Shown: one piece after another, positions 9,725-20,642 of the stretch
Layout: each line of letters begins with the position of its first letter
How positions within the stretch are numbered: position 1 is the stretch's first letter
Assembly: GCA_963782055.1 (NCBI GenBank)
Contig: CAWAIF010000003.1
Span: 5,280,001-5,344,000 of the forward strand
Direction: 5' to 3'
DNA length: 64,000 nt
From: an uncultured delta proteobacterium
GTDB taxonomy: Bacteria; Myxococcota_A; Polyangia; Polyangiales; Polyangiaceae
The notes under the pieces: generated by a model
Seen by the model: only the letters and a program-made list of their open reading frames with translations
The model's database searches: none
What the model was told of the DNA's origin: nothing
Position numbers and translations under genes: made by a program

Positions 9725-10789
9725 TCACGGGAAGCTGGTGAAGAACTCGGAGAGGTCGGTGGCGTTCTTCGCGTCGCGAAGCAAGGGGACGCCGAAGATC
9801 TCCTCCACCGTCCGGAGCATGGAGCTGTGGGTGAACTTGGTGCTGCTCTTGTAGTTGGCCTTCGCCTTGGGCGAGAGCACCACCAGCGGGATGGGGCCGT
9901 CGCTCGCGTTGCCGACGAGGGGCTCGTCGCCCTCGTCCCAGAGGATGAAGAGCACGCCGTTGTTCTTGTACGCGTCGGACGCGAGGATCTTCGGCACCTC
10001 CGCCTTGAGCCACGCGTCCCCCGCGCCGATCTCGTCGAAGTTCTGCGTGCCGCACGAGAGGTTGAGGCCGTGCATGTCGTCGCAGAGGTTGGGCGAGATG
10101 AAGTTGTAGCGGGCGACGGTGTGGTTCGCGAGGTCGGTCGCGAGCTTGGTGTAGGGCACGACGTGCGCGATGCAGTCGGCCGACTTGGGGTCGTTGGTGC
10201 CGGTGACGTCGTCGAAGAAGAGCTGGGGCGTGTGCTTGGCCGCGTAGGTGCCGCTGCTGGTGATGGGACAGTCGGTGCCGGAGATGTCCTCGGCGTACGC
10301 CTTCCACGAGATGCCCGCGGTGGTGAGCTGGGTGACGAGGTGGTCGGTGGTCGACTGGTGGTTCTTCGCCGGATCGTCGTCGGTGGTGATGCCCAGGTTG
10401 TCGCCGGCCTCGAGCCAGATGTAGTTCGGCTCGCTGGGGTGATTGCCCGCCGGCGTGAAGTAGCTCTCGGCGTGACCGCCCATCGGGACGAGCGTGCCGT
10501 CGATGTAGCCCGCCGACTTGCTCTTGGAGATCGTCGACCAGCTGTGGTTCTCCAGCAGGATGATGAAGACGGTCTGCAGCTTGTCCCCCGGCGACGCGTC
10601 GGCCCCGGCCTCCTGCTGGGGCGCGCCGTCGGTCCCGCCGGAGTCGGTCCCGCCGCCGTCGGCCGTCACCGCGCTGTCACCCTTGCTGCCGGCGTCGCTG
10701 TCGTTGACGTAGCCTCCGCCATCGCCGCAGGCAGTCAGAAGCAAGGCGAGCACCGAAAAAGGGACGAGACCGTTGCGCATTCGGCGCAT
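9725..10789 (-). CDS. Phosphoesterase (acid phosphatase/PLC-like) lipoprotein
   Basis: IILLENHS, HPSEPNY, KHTP, PNLCDDMH, FILWDE, HSSMLRTVE. LLTAC lipobox. The long upstream extension in the ORF track is off-frame antiporter sequence. Confidence 0.85.
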   Translation of the reverse strand: MRRMRNGLVPFSVLALLLTACGDGGGYVNDSDAGSKGDSAVTADGGGTDSGGTDGAPQQEAGADASPGDKLQTVFIILLENHSWSTISKSKSAGYIDGTLVPMGGHAESYFTPAGNHPSEPNYIWLEAGDNLGITTDDDPAKNHQSTTDHLVTQLTTAGISWKAYAEDISGTDCPITSSGTYAAKHTPQLFFDDVTGTNDPKSADCIAHVVPYTKLATDLANHTVARYNFISPNLCDDMHGLNLSCGTQNFDEIGAGDAWLKAEVPKILASDAYKNNGVLFILWDEGDEPLVGNASDGPIPLVVLSPKAKANYKSSTKFTHSSMLRTVEEIFGVPLLRDAKNATDLSEFFTSFP

Positions 10790-10851
10790 ATTCCCACCGT
10801 CCCGCCACAGATCAAGCCCATTGTCCGCGCTGCCCCCCACCAGCCGGGAGG

Positions 10852-12459
10852 TCAGTCTGCCGCTTCGGGCTTGTCGTCGCCCGGGGGCTTCGGCACGGTC
10901 CGGCCCTCCTCGTAGGCGTCCAGCAGCTCGGATCGCGCGTCGACGTCTCGCAGCAGCTTCTCCACCGCGTGGGCGCCCAGCCGCCCCAGGCGCTGCTCCT
11001 CCAGCAGAGCGTCCTTCTCCACCAGCAAGAGGGACCGGCGCAGCGCGCGCGTCTCCTCCCCGGCGAGCTCGGCCGAGTCCACGTGCAGCGCCTGGAGTTT
11101 CTCCTCCACCTCCCGCGCCGTCGCCTCGTAGTCGGCGCGCACCGTCGTCGCGGCGTCCGGCCGGACGGTGCCCTTCTGGACCATGTCCGCCAGGGCGCTC
11201 AGCGCGGCGGTGATCGTGCGCCGCTGCCCGCGGAGCCACTCGTAGGCCTCGTGGTCGGCGCCCTCGCCGACAATCCCCAGGCGGCGCAGCAGGGTGGACA
11301 TGGTGAGCCCCTGCAGGAGCAGCGAAAGGATGACGACGCCGAAGGTCATCCGGATGAGGGTCTCGCGGTAGGGGAAGGACTGCGGCGTCGCGAGCGCGAG
11401 GACCATGGAGAGCGCGCCGCGCAGCCCGCCCCACGTCATGACTGCACCCCAGCGCCACGGCATGCGCTCCTTCGACCGGGAGAGCATGGCGGTGACCGCG
11501 CCGACGACGGTGGCCCGCGCGAGGGTCACCGCGAGGTACGCGATGACGATGATCTTCCAGGAGGCGAGCAGCGCGTCCAGGCGCTCCTCGAAGCCGATGA
11601 GGAGGAAGACCACCGAGTTGAGCGCGAAGGCTATGTATTCCCAGAAGGACTCCACCGCGACGCGTGACGCCGGTGTCATCGCCTTCGTGCGCGCGTAGTT
11701 GCCCAGCACCAGGCCGGCGACGACCGTCGCGATGACGCCGGAGAAGTGGAACTGCTCGGCGGCGACGAAGGAGCCGTAGGCGGCGATGGTGGTGAGGGTG
11801 ATCTCGATCATCGCGTCGTCGACGCGGAAGATCACCGCGGACGCGGCGAAGGCGATGAGCGCGCCGATCAAGGCGCCCATGCCGACGATGCGCACGAAGT
11901 CGAGCGCGGCGCCCGCCGCGGAGACCTGCTTGCCGTTGGCCCAGGCCATGACCATCGTGAAGAAGACGACGGCGGTGCCGTCGTTGAGGAGGCTCTCCGC
12001 CTCCACCAGCACGCCGAGTCGCTTCGGCGCGCCGAAGCTCTTGAACATCGCCACGACGGCGATGGGGTCGGTCGCCGCGATGAGCGCCCCGAAGACCAGC
12101 GCGTGGATGAAGCCGAAGCCGGGCTGCAGGCCGAAGGCGTTGACCGTCGGCGCGACGGCGAGGCCGGTGAGCACCATGGCCACCGCCACGCCCGGGACCG
12201 CCAGCGTGATGATCGCGAGCTTGTTGGTCCGGACCTTCACCACCTCCAGGTGGAACGCCGCCTCGAAGAGCAGGCCGGGAAGGAAGACCGCGTACAGCAT
12301 CTCCTTGGTGAGGTGCGGCGGCTCGAAGACGTGCACCGACGCCAGCACGACGCCGCTCACGACGAGGGCGACCGTGTACGGCGTCTTGGTCCACCTCGCG
12401 ACCATCGCGACCGCGGTCGCGATGCCGAAGAGGATGATGAAGACCGTCTCGAAGGTCAT
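10852..12459 (-). CDS. Na+/H+ antiporter, CPA1 family
   Basis: FLPGLLFEAA, IAATDPIAV, EAESLLNDG, WGGLRGALS; many TM helices. Confidence 0.93.
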   Translation of the reverse strand: MTFETVFIILFGIATAVAMVARWTKTPYTVALVVSGVVLASVHVFEPPHLTKEMLYAVFLPGLLFEAAFHLEVVKVRTNKLAIITLAVPGVAVAMVLTGLAVAPTVNAFGLQPGFGFIHALVFGALIAATDPIAVVAMFKSFGAPKRLGVLVEAESLLNDGTAVVFFTMVMAWANGKQVSAAGAALDFVRIVGMGALIGALIAFAASAVIFRVDDAMIEITLTTIAAYGSFVAAEQFHFSGVIATVVAGLVLGNYARTKAMTPASRVAVESFWEYIAFALNSVVFLLIGFEERLDALLASWKIIVIAYLAVTLARATVVGAVTAMLSRSKERMPWRWGAVMTWGGLRGALSMVLALATPQSFPYRETLIRMTFGVVILSLLLQGLTMSTLLRRLGIVGEGADHEAYEWLRGQRRTITAALSALADMVQKGTVRPDAATTVRADYEATAREVEEKLQALHVDSAELAGEETRALRRSLLLVEKDALLEEQRLGRLGAHAVEKLLRDVDARSELLDAYEEGRTVPKPPGDDKPEAAD

Positions 12460-12527
12460 CGGCGCTCCAACCTAACACGCGCGCGCCGTGAGTTTGGCGA
12501 CTCCCGGCGAGGCCCCCGCCGCTGCGA

Positions 12528-13394
12528 TCAGTGCACCGCCGCCACGCCCGGCACCACCGGAGGCGAGCCGACGCCATCGCGCATCCGGTGGAGCACGGCG
12601 GGGGGCAGGATGGAGGCGGCGTGGAACGCCTCGAGCACCCGCTCCGTCACGTCGGTCTCGAACTCCTTCTCGTACTTCACGTCCAGCACGTACGCCTTCG
12701 CCCGCAGGCGGACGGCGAAGTAATCCTTCTCGATGACCTGGTTGACGAGCACCACCCACGTCTTCTTCAGGTAGACGTAGCGGTTGCTCGTCAGGCACTC
12801 CTCCACCAGACGCTTGGCCAGCGCCACGTCCTGGTCGGCGCCGATGAAGAAGTCCATCTGGATCATCATGTCCAGCGCGCCCCAGTTTCCGGAGGAGACG
12901 ACGTCGGTCAAGAACTTGTTGTTCGGGATGGTCACGACGTTGTCGTCGAGCGTCACCAGCCGCACCGACCGCAGGCCGATCGCCGAGATCTCCCCGTAAA
13001 TGCCGCCGAAGGTCACGCGATCGCCCACCTGGAAGGGCCGATCGACGATGATGATCATCCCCGCGAGCACCGAGGCGGCCAGGTCCTTGAGCGCGAAGCC
13101 GATGGTGACCGCGGCGGTCCCGGTGAGGGCGAGCACCACCTCGTGCGAGAGCGTGATGGTGAGGCTCACCGCCAGGAAGATGCCCAGCAGGTAGAGCACG
13201 AAGCGGCTGAGGGTCGCGACCTGGTTGAGGAGCAGGCGCTTGTCGGTGAAGCGGTTGCCGAGCCGCCCCAGGGTGCCGGTGAGCACGCGCACCGCGAACC
13301 ACGTGATAAAGATGACGACGACCGCGGAGAGCAGGCCGGTCACGCGGACCATGCTGAGGACGTCGACGTCCGGCGAATTGCCGACTGGGTTCAT
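12528..13394 (-). CDS. Small-conductance mechanosensitive channel (MscS family)
   Basis: IGFALKDLAAS, RPFQVGDRV, IGLRS, IPNNKF. Confidence 0.92.
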   Translation of the reverse strand: MNPVGNSPDVDVLSMVRVTGLLSAVVVIFITWFAVRVLTGTLGRLGNRFTDKRLLLNQVATLSRFVLYLLGIFLAVSLTITLSHEVVLALTGTAAVTIGFALKDLAASVLAGMIIIVDRPFQVGDRVTFGGIYGEISAIGLRSVRLVTLDDNVVTIPNNKFLTDVVSSGNWGALDMMIQMDFFIGADQDVALAKRLVEECLTSNRYVYLKKTWVVLVNQVIEKDYFAVRLRAKAYVLDVKYEKEFETDVTERVLEAFHAASILPPAVLHRMRDGVGSPPVVPGVAAVH

Positions 13395-13431
13395 GCGGGT
13401 CTCCTTTTGAGGACGTGACTCATGTACGTCC

Positions 13432-16400
13432 TCACGTCTCGACGAGGTGCTTGCGGCGCAGGTAGCGGATGACACCCGGCCACCACCCCACGCTCAGACG
13501 GTAGCGGCCCTGCTCGACAACGAGCACGCCCTGCTCGCGCAGGTACGCGAGGGCGTCTGCGCAGACCTGGGAGGGATAGCGCAGGGCGACGGTCGCCTCC
13601 TCCACCGACAGGTTCTCGTGCCACGCGACGGCGGCCAGCACGAAGCGGCGCTCGTCGGAGAGCTCGTCGAGCGGCCCGAAGTTGGGGCGGTGGAAGAGGC
13701 GCACGCGGACGCGCTTGCCGTCGTCGGGCACCAGAGAGCGCAGCCAGCAGTGCAGCGCCACGCGCGGGGACCCCTCGGCGTAGTCCCAGATGAGCCGCGT
13801 GTACTCCTGGGCGGTGCTCACGAGCTGCGCGGAGGCGTCGACGCCCTCCATCCTGTCGACGACCAAATCCTCGTACACCGCCTCCCAGCCGCTCGCGTGC
13901 ATGCGGCTGCCGAGCAGGTCTTCAATCTCCTTCTCCGACCACGGCGGGATGTCGACCACCGTACGCCACGCGTCCACCCCGCGACGCGCCCACGTGAGGT
14001 ACTCGTGTGCGTAGTGCGCCATCGACCCGAGCCAGAGCACGCGGTCGCCCGCCTCCTCCATCAGCTCGGTCAGGGCGAGCCACGGCTCCAGCGTCCCGAC
14101 GCCGCGCAGGATGAGGTTCTGGGCGTCGTCGATCAGGACGACGCGCCGCCCCGACTCGCGCAGCGCGTGGCCAATCGCGGCCGGACTCGCCTTCGCGTCC
14201 TTGGTCAGCCCGGCCGCCGCGAGCCTCGCGGCGAGATCCTCCGCGGTGCGCATGCGCGCCCGGAGCTCGATGCGCGTGATGGACAGGCTCTCGCCCTCCA
14301 CGTCCGCCTTCACGCGGCGCAACGCCTCGTTCATCCACGAGGTCTTGCCGAAGCCGGTCCGGCCCACCGTCAGCACCGAGCTGATCGAGCCGCCCTCCTT
14401 CCAGATGCGCAGCGCGCGGGACAGCACCTCCGGCCCATCGAACCGCTCGGCGCGGAAGGGCTCGTCGGTGGTCGGCTCGTCCTCGAAGTACGCGCGGAAC
14501 TCGGCGGGGAGCGCGGCGACATCGGGCGCCGCGCCGCCCTCCGCGGCCGTCTTCTCCAGGCGGCGCCGGAAGAGATACGCCAGCGCCTTGCGCGAGTGCT
14601 CGAAGCCGAGGACGAAGCGGCGCCCGGTGCGCACCGTCCACGCGGCGAAGACGAAGACCACCGCGACCACGGTGATGAAGAAGCCGTACCACCGGCCGCG
14701 CGTGGCGCGGACAATCGGCGCCAGCCCGCCCTTGGGCGAGCGCAGGAGGTACGCCTCGGCGATGTCGTTGCGCCACCACCGCACCAGGAGCGCGACAATC
14801 GGGATCGCCACCAGCCAGGCGAGGCGAATGACGACGTGGTACAGGTTGCCGCGCCCCAGCGCCGCCTGCGAGAGCACCAGCACGATCGCCACGACGAGCA
14901 GGAAGCGGCCGGCGAGTCGCAGGGAGCGCAGGACCTTGCGGCTCGTCTCGGGGACCGCGCCCATGGGCGTCGTGCTCATCCAGTCGATCGCCTCGTGCGT
15001 CACCACGATGGCGAGCCGGTACAGGGCGTAGGCGAGCAGGACCTCGTAGGTCGTCCCGGCGATGGAGTCGTCCGCGGCGAAGTCGAGCAGCCGGGGCGCG
15101 AGCAGGATGCCCACGACGAGCACCGTCTCCGGCGCGATCGAGGCGAGGACGGAGAGCACCCGGCGGTACGCGCGGATCCAGAGCGGCCGCCGGAACAGCC
15201 GGAGGGCGGCGAGCCGCTCGAGCCACTTCCGGGCGCGGCGGCGCACGAAGATCGTCCCGATGAGCAAGGCCAGCAGGCCCAGCACGCGCACTGTGAGCGT
15301 GGCCACGGTGCGCGCGTCCCGCAGGGCGGTGAGCGACTCCGCCAGCGGCCGGCGCGTGACGCGGATCCACCGCCACATGAGCTGCAGGTGGCGCAGCTCC
15401 CGCTTGAAGGCGGTGACGCCCTCCGGGCCGAAGCCGAGCACGGCGTCGCGCTTGTCCGGGGTGAGCTGGTCGATGAGCGCGAGGCGGGCGCCGCTCAGGT
15501 CACGCTCGCGGGCGACCGCCTCGTCCAGCGCGTCGGCGTCCAGCGACTTGCGCTGCGCGTCCAGCGCCGCCGCGTCCTTCTGCAGCGTCGTCTGGAGGCC
15601 CTTCAGCTTCGCGCGCTCGTCCGCGAAGGACTCGTCCGGCGCGCTCATCAGCGTGGGGTCCGGAGTGAAGCTGGGCGCCGCCTTCTCCGCGGTGTAGGAG
15701 TCGAGCACGGCCTCGAAGGCGACGCGGTCGAAGTCGAGCTCCTTGACCAGGCGGTCGTAGAGGGCGTCGGCGTCCGCGCCGCTCGGCTTCGCCTTCACCG
15801 ACTGCACCAGCTCGTAGTCTTGCGCGTCGCGCCGCTGCAGGGCCTTGGCCTGGTCGGCCGCACGGTCGGCGAGCTGGCGGCGCAGGACCGACTGCTTGGC
15901 GCGGATGCCCTCGGCGCGGGCGCGCTCGTTGGCGTAGGCGCGCAGCCGCGCGTCCTTCGCGCGCTTCGCCTCCTCCAGCGCGCTCTGCTGGGCGGCCTCC
16001 GCGTTCTTCTGATCTTGCTCCGCCTCCTCGCGCGCGGCCTGGCGCTTCGCGTCCTCGGCGGCGGCGGCGCCGCGGTCGTGCTCCTTCTTGACCAGCGCCT
16101 CCCTGTCGGCGCGCGGCTCTTGCAGGAACGCCAGACGCTCCTGGGCGAGCTGCAGGTTCAGCCAGCGGCGCTGCTCCTGCGGCGCGAGCCCCTCGATCGA
16201 CGCGTCGGCGCCCGCGTCCAGGTCGACCAGGTGGCCCAGCGCACCCGCGTTGGCCCGCATGGAACCGGATCGCCATCTTGAGCTCGGAGCGCCGGTTGTT
16301 GACGGCGACCTCGTCGACGACGTTGATGTCGAAGGCGTCGCTGGTGCTCGCCCCCGCGGGGAGCGTGCCGGCGCGCATGGCGCGCACGTCGGCGAGCTCA

Positions 16401-16639
16401 TGCTCCAGCTCGGCGATGGCGGCGCCGAGATCGGGCTTCGGCGGAGCGGGAGCCGCGTCCGCCGCCACGTCCGCCGCCGCGTCGGCCGCCCCCGCGTCGG
16501 CTGACGGCGGCGGGGCGGCGCGCGCTCGGCCCCGCCACGCGACCAGCACGACGAGCAGCGTCGCGAGCGCGAAGCCCCATCGCCATGGCAGGGCCGCGGC
16601 GCGCGCGCCTGAGGCGGAGGTGGGCCGCGCTTCCCGCAT
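13432..16639 (-). pseudogene. Large membrane-anchored coiled-coil/P-loop ATPase, frameshifted near 16265
   Basis: The signal-bearing N-terminus (...RRSELKMAI) is in the 15500..16639 frame. The remainder (GSMRANAGALG..., TM bundle, GRTGFGKTS Walker A, VLIDDAQ Walker B) is in the 13432 frame. Removing one base in ATCCGGTTCC joins them. Confidence 0.75.
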
Positions 16640-16851
16640 GCCCGGAACGGTACACCGACCGCGCCATTCGACGAAACGCTCGTGATCTCGGGGCCGTCGT
16701 GGACGCGGGACGACACGGCCCGGGCGGCCGGGCCACGCGGGCGGCGCTCACGGCACCGACGCCGCGCGGCGGGCGTGCAGCGGCCGGGCCACCGTTCGCG
16801 GTTGACCACCGGGTGGAACGGCGCGATGACATCCGTCGGAAAGGACCGGAC

Positions 16852-17379
16852 ATGAGCAAGACGATCGCGATCATCCTCGGCACGATCTTCGTGGCAGCCC
16901 TCTCGGCATGCGGAAACGACCCGCCGCCGCCTGCCCAGGCGCCCGTCGCGACGAACGGCGACACCGCGAAGCCGGCGGCCAAGCCGCGCAAGTCGGATCA
17001 GGACGTCTCCCTCTCCAAGAACATCAAGGACGTCTGCAAGATCGACGACTCGGATCGGGCGCCCAAGTTCGACTTCGACTCGTCCGACCTCTCCTCCGAC
17101 GACCGCGAGGTCCTCAAGCAGGTGGCGGTCTGCATGACCACCGGCCCGCTCAAGGGCAAGTCGGTGGAGCTGGTAGGCCGCGCCGACAACCGCGGCGAGC
17201 AGGAGTACAACATGACGCTCGGCGAGTCGCGCGCGACCAAGGCGATCAAGTTCCTGGTCTCGCTCGGCGTGGAGCAGGGCCGCATGAAGGAGACCTCGCG
17301 CGGCGCCCTCGACGCGACCGGCAACGACGAGGAGGGCTGGGCGAAGGACCGCCGCGTCGACGTGCGGATCATGCCCTGA
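16852..17379 (+). CDS. OmpA/Pal-family peptidoglycan-associated lipoprotein
   Basis: LSAC lipobox; FDFDSSDL, VGRADNRGEQEYNMTLGESRA, DRRVD. Confidence 0.92.
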   Translation: MSKTIAIILGTIFVAALSACGNDPPPPAQAPVATNGDTAKPAAKPRKSDQDVSLSKNIKDVCKIDDSDRAPKFDFDSSDLSSDDREVLKQVAVCMTTGPLKGKSVELVGRADNRGEQEYNMTLGESRATKAIKFLVSLGVEQGRMKETSRGALDATGNDEEGWAKDRRVDVRIMP

Positions 17380-17429
17380 GAGGCCCCTCCGCCGCGCGTC
17401 GGGCTCGTTGACCAGTAGGCACGTTTGCT

Positions 17430-20400
17430 TCAACCCGCGGCGTCGAGCCCGTCTTGTTGCACCGCAACATCGCCGCCGGAGGGCCCACGGGGCAGCCCCC
17501 TGCCCTGCCACACCGCGAAGATCGCCGGGTAGACGAGCAGCTCCAGCGCGAAGGAGGTGACCAGGCCGCCCACCATCGGCGCGGCGATGCGCTTCATGAC
17601 GTCGGCGCCCGCGCCGGTGCTCCAGAGCACCGGCGTGAGGCCGATGATCATCGTCGCCACGGTCATCAGCTTGGGCCGAAGCCGCTTGGCCGCCCCCTCG
17701 ACGATGGACTCGCGCAGATCGCCGAGGGTCTTCAGCCGGCCGTCGCCCGTCCACCGCCGGTGCGCGAGCTTCAGGTACAGCAGCATGACCACGCCGGTCT
17801 CGGCGTCCAGCCCGGCGAGGGCGATGACGCCGACCCACACGGCGACGCTCAGGTTGTAGTGCAGGAGGTAGAGCAGCCACACCGCGCCCACCAGCGAGAA
17901 GGGCACCGCCAGCAGCACGATGAACGTCTCGGTCACCGATCGCGTGTTGAGCAAGAGCAGCACGAAGACGATGCCCAGCGTCAGCGGCACCACCCACTTC
18001 AGCCGCGCCTTCGCGCGCTCGAAGTACTTGAACTGCCCGACCCAGGCGAGGCGCGTGCCCGGCGGGAGCTTCACGTCGCGATCGACCACCTGCCGGGCGT
18101 CGTGCACGTAGTCGGCGATGGGCCGGCCGGTGTCGACGAAGACGAAGCCCACCAGCTTGCCGTCCTCGCTGCGGATCATCGGCGGGCCGAGCACGCCGCG
18201 GATGGTCGCCACCTGGGAGATGGGCACCTGCGCGCCGGTCGGCGTCGCGACCAGCGTGCGGCCGAGGAGGTCCGGCGCGTCGCGGAACTCGCGCGCGTAG
18301 CGCACGTCGATGGCGTAGCGCTCGCGCCCCTCCACCGTCTCCGAGACGTCCTTGCCGCCAATGGCGGAGGCCACCATCGCGTCCACGTCGGCGACGGTGA
18401 GTCCGAGCCGCGCCGCCTCCTCGCGCTTGACGTCGAAGTCCAGGTAGAAGCCACCGGTGGAGCGCTCGGCGAAGGCGCTGCGGGTGCCCGGGACCTTGCT
18501 CACCGCCTTCTCGATCTGGATGCCGGTGCGCTCGATGGTCGCCAGGTCGTCGCCGAAGACCTCGATGCCCAGCGGGCTGCGCACGCCGGTGGCCAGCATC
18601 TCGGTGCGCGTCTGGATGGGCATCCACCACACGTTGGGCATGCCCGGGAACTGGAGCTTCTCGTCCATCTGCTTGATGAGGCCGTCCCAGGTGACGCCCG
18701 CCGGCCACTCGGAGCGGGGGCGCAGCACCACGATGACCTCCGCCATGCCCAGCGGCGCGGGGTCGGTGGCGGTGCGCGCCCGGCCCATCTTGCCGAAGAC
18801 GCTCTTCACCTCCGGGAACTTCTCCAGCTCGGCGTCCATCCGCTGGAGCAGGCGCGCTGACTCGGCCTCCGACATCCCGGGCGGCGCGGTGGGCATGTAC
18901 AGGATGACGCCCTCGTTGAGCGGCGGCATGAACTCGCTCCCCAGGCGCAAGAACGCCGGCACGGTGAACGCGATGACGGCCACCGCCGCGGCGATGACGG
19001 CGTAGCGGCGATCCACGACGAAGCGCACGACCGGCGCGTAGATCGCGGTGAGCCAGCGCTGCACCGGGTGGTGCTCCTCCCCGCGCATCTTGCCGCGGAC
19101 GACCAGCGCGGCGAGCGCCGGGGTGAGCGTGACGGCGAGCACCGCCGAGAAGCCGATGGAGTAGGTCTTGGTGAAGGCGAGGGGTTTGAAGAGGCGGCCC
19201 TCCGTCGCCTCCAGGGTGAAGACGGGGAGGAAGGAGGCGGTGATGACGAGCAGGGAGAAGAAGACGGAGGGCCCCACCTCCTGCATGGCGTGGATGATCA
19301 CGTCCAGGCGCGCGCCCGGCTCGCCCGCCGTCTCCCAGTCGGCGAGCTTCTTGTGGATGTTCTCGATGATGATGATGGAGGCGTCCACCATCGCGCCTAT
19401 CGCCACGACGATGCCGCCGAGCGACATGATGTTGGCGGTGAGCCCCTGGTAGTACATCGGGATGAACGCGAGCAGCACGCCGACGGGCAGCGCGACGATG
19501 GGCACCAGGGCGCTGCGCGCGTGCAGGAGGAAGAGGAAGATGACGATGCTGACGACGATCATCTCCTCGATCAGGGTGTGCTCCAGCGTGCGCGTGGAGG
19601 CCTCGATGAGCCCGGAGCGGTCGTAGGTGACGACGATCTTCACGCCGTCGGGGAGGCCCCGCTGCACCTCGGCCAGGCGCTGCTTGACGCCGTCGATCAC
19701 GGTGACGGCGTTCTCGCCGTAGCGCATGACGACGATGCCGCCGGCCACCTCACCCTGCCCGTCCAGCTCGGCGACGCCGCGCCGCTGCGCCGGCCCGAGG
19801 CTCACCACCGCGACGTCCTTCACGCGGATGGGTACGCCCCCCGGCCCGACCTTGATCGGCGAGCCGCCGATGTCGTCGGGCGTCTTGACGTACCCGCGCC
19901 CGCGGATGAAGTGCTCGTGCCCGGCGATCTCGATGACGCGCCCGCCCACCTCCTCGTTGGAGGCGCGCACCGCGCGGGTGACCTCCTGCATCGTGACGCC
20001 GCGGGCGAGCAGCTTGTTGGGGTCGACGTCCACCTGGTACTGCTTCACGTACCCGCCGACGCTCGCGACCTCGGCCACGCCGGGCACGGCTTCCAGGGCG
20101 TAGCGCACGTTGTAGTCCTGCAGGGCGCGGAGCTCCTGCAGGTCGTGCTTGCCGCTCTTGTCGACGAGCGCGTACTCGAACACCCAGCCGACGCCCGTCG
20201 CGTCGGGGCCGAGCGTGGGGGAGACGCCCTGCGGGAGCTTGGCCTGGATGGCGCTCAGGTACTCCATCACGCGGCTGCGGGCCCAGTAGATGTCGGTGCC
20301 GTCCTCGAAGATGACGTTGACGAAGGACATCCCGAACATGGACTGCCCGCGCACGTACTTGACGTGCGGCGCCGAGATCAGGGCGCTGGAGATGGGGTAG

Positions 20401-20642
20401 GTGATCTGGTCCTCCACGAGGTCCGGGCTCTGGCCCGTCCACTCGGTGAAGACGATGACCTGCACGTCGGACAGGTCCGGGATGGCGTCGAGCGGGGCCC
20501 GGCGCAGGGAGAGCCACCCCCACGCGGCGAAGGCGGCGACCACGACCAGGGTGACCAGCGGGCGCCGCGCGCACGCGGCGATGACGCGGTCGATGATCCA
20601 CGTGACGCCGGCGCCTCGCGGGGCGTCGCCCGGGGCGGTCAT
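17430..20642 (-). CDS. cusA: CusA/CzcA heavy-metal efflux RND transporter
   Basis: DAIPDLSDVQVIV, LGPDATGVGWV, EFMPPLNEG, PIQTRTEMLATG, RLRPKLMT. Met-rich, Cu/Ag type. Confidence 0.93.
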   Translation of the reverse strand: MTAPGDAPRGAGVTWIIDRVIAACARRPLVTLVVVAAFAAWGWLSLRRAPLDAIPDLSDVQVIVFTEWTGQSPDLVEDQITYPISSALISAPHVKYVRGQSMFGMSFVNVIFEDGTDIYWARSRVMEYLSAIQAKLPQGVSPTLGPDATGVGWVFEYALVDKSGKHDLQELRALQDYNVRYALEAVPGVAEVASVGGYVKQYQVDVDPNKLLARGVTMQEVTRAVRASNEEVGGRVIEIAGHEHFIRGRGYVKTPDDIGGSPIKVGPGGVPIRVKDVAVVSLGPAQRRGVAELDGQGEVAGGIVVMRYGENAVTVIDGVKQRLAEVQRGLPDGVKIVVTYDRSGLIEASTRTLEHTLIEEMIVVSIVIFLFLLHARSALVPIVALPVGVLLAFIPMYYQGLTANIMSLGGIVVAIGAMVDASIIIIENIHKKLADWETAGEPGARLDVIIHAMQEVGPSVFFSLLVITASFLPVFTLEATEGRLFKPLAFTKTYSIGFSAVLAVTLTPALAALVVRGKMRGEEHHPVQRWLTAIYAPVVRFVVDRRYAVIAAAVAVIAFTVPAFLRLGSEFMPPLNEGVILYMPTAPPGMSEAESARLLQRMDAELEKFPEVKSVFGKMGRARTATDPAPLGMAEVIVVLRPRSEWPAGVTWDGLIKQMDEKLQFPGMPNVWWMPIQTRTEMLATGVRSPLGIEVFGDDLATIERTGIQIEKAVSKVPGTRSAFAERSTGGFYLDFDVKREEAARLGLTVADVDAMVASAIGGKDVSETVEGRERYAIDVRYAREFRDAPDLLGRTLVATPTGAQVPISQVATIRGVLGPPMIRSEDGKLVGFVFVDTGRPIADYVHDARQVVDRDVKLPPGTRLAWVGQFKYFERAKARLKWVVPLTLGIVFVLLLLNTRSVTETFIVLLAVPFSLVGAVWLLYLLHYNLSVAVWVGVIALAGLDAETGVVMLLYLKLAHRRWTGDGRLKTLGDLRESIVEGAAKRLRPKLMTVATMIIGLTPVLWSTGAGADVMKRIAAPMVGGLVTSFALELLVYPAIFAVWQGRGLPRGPSGGDVAVQQDGLDAAG

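Noticed and set aside
10790..12577. N-terminal extension of the 950-aa ORF
   Set aside because: Alternate frame of the antiporter gene. The real phosphoesterase starts at about 10789 with a lipoprotein signal.
16640..18708. N-terminal part of the 1758-aa ORF (13432..18708)
   Set aside because: It is off-frame cusA and antisense pal sequence. Only the part below about 16265 is coding in that frame.
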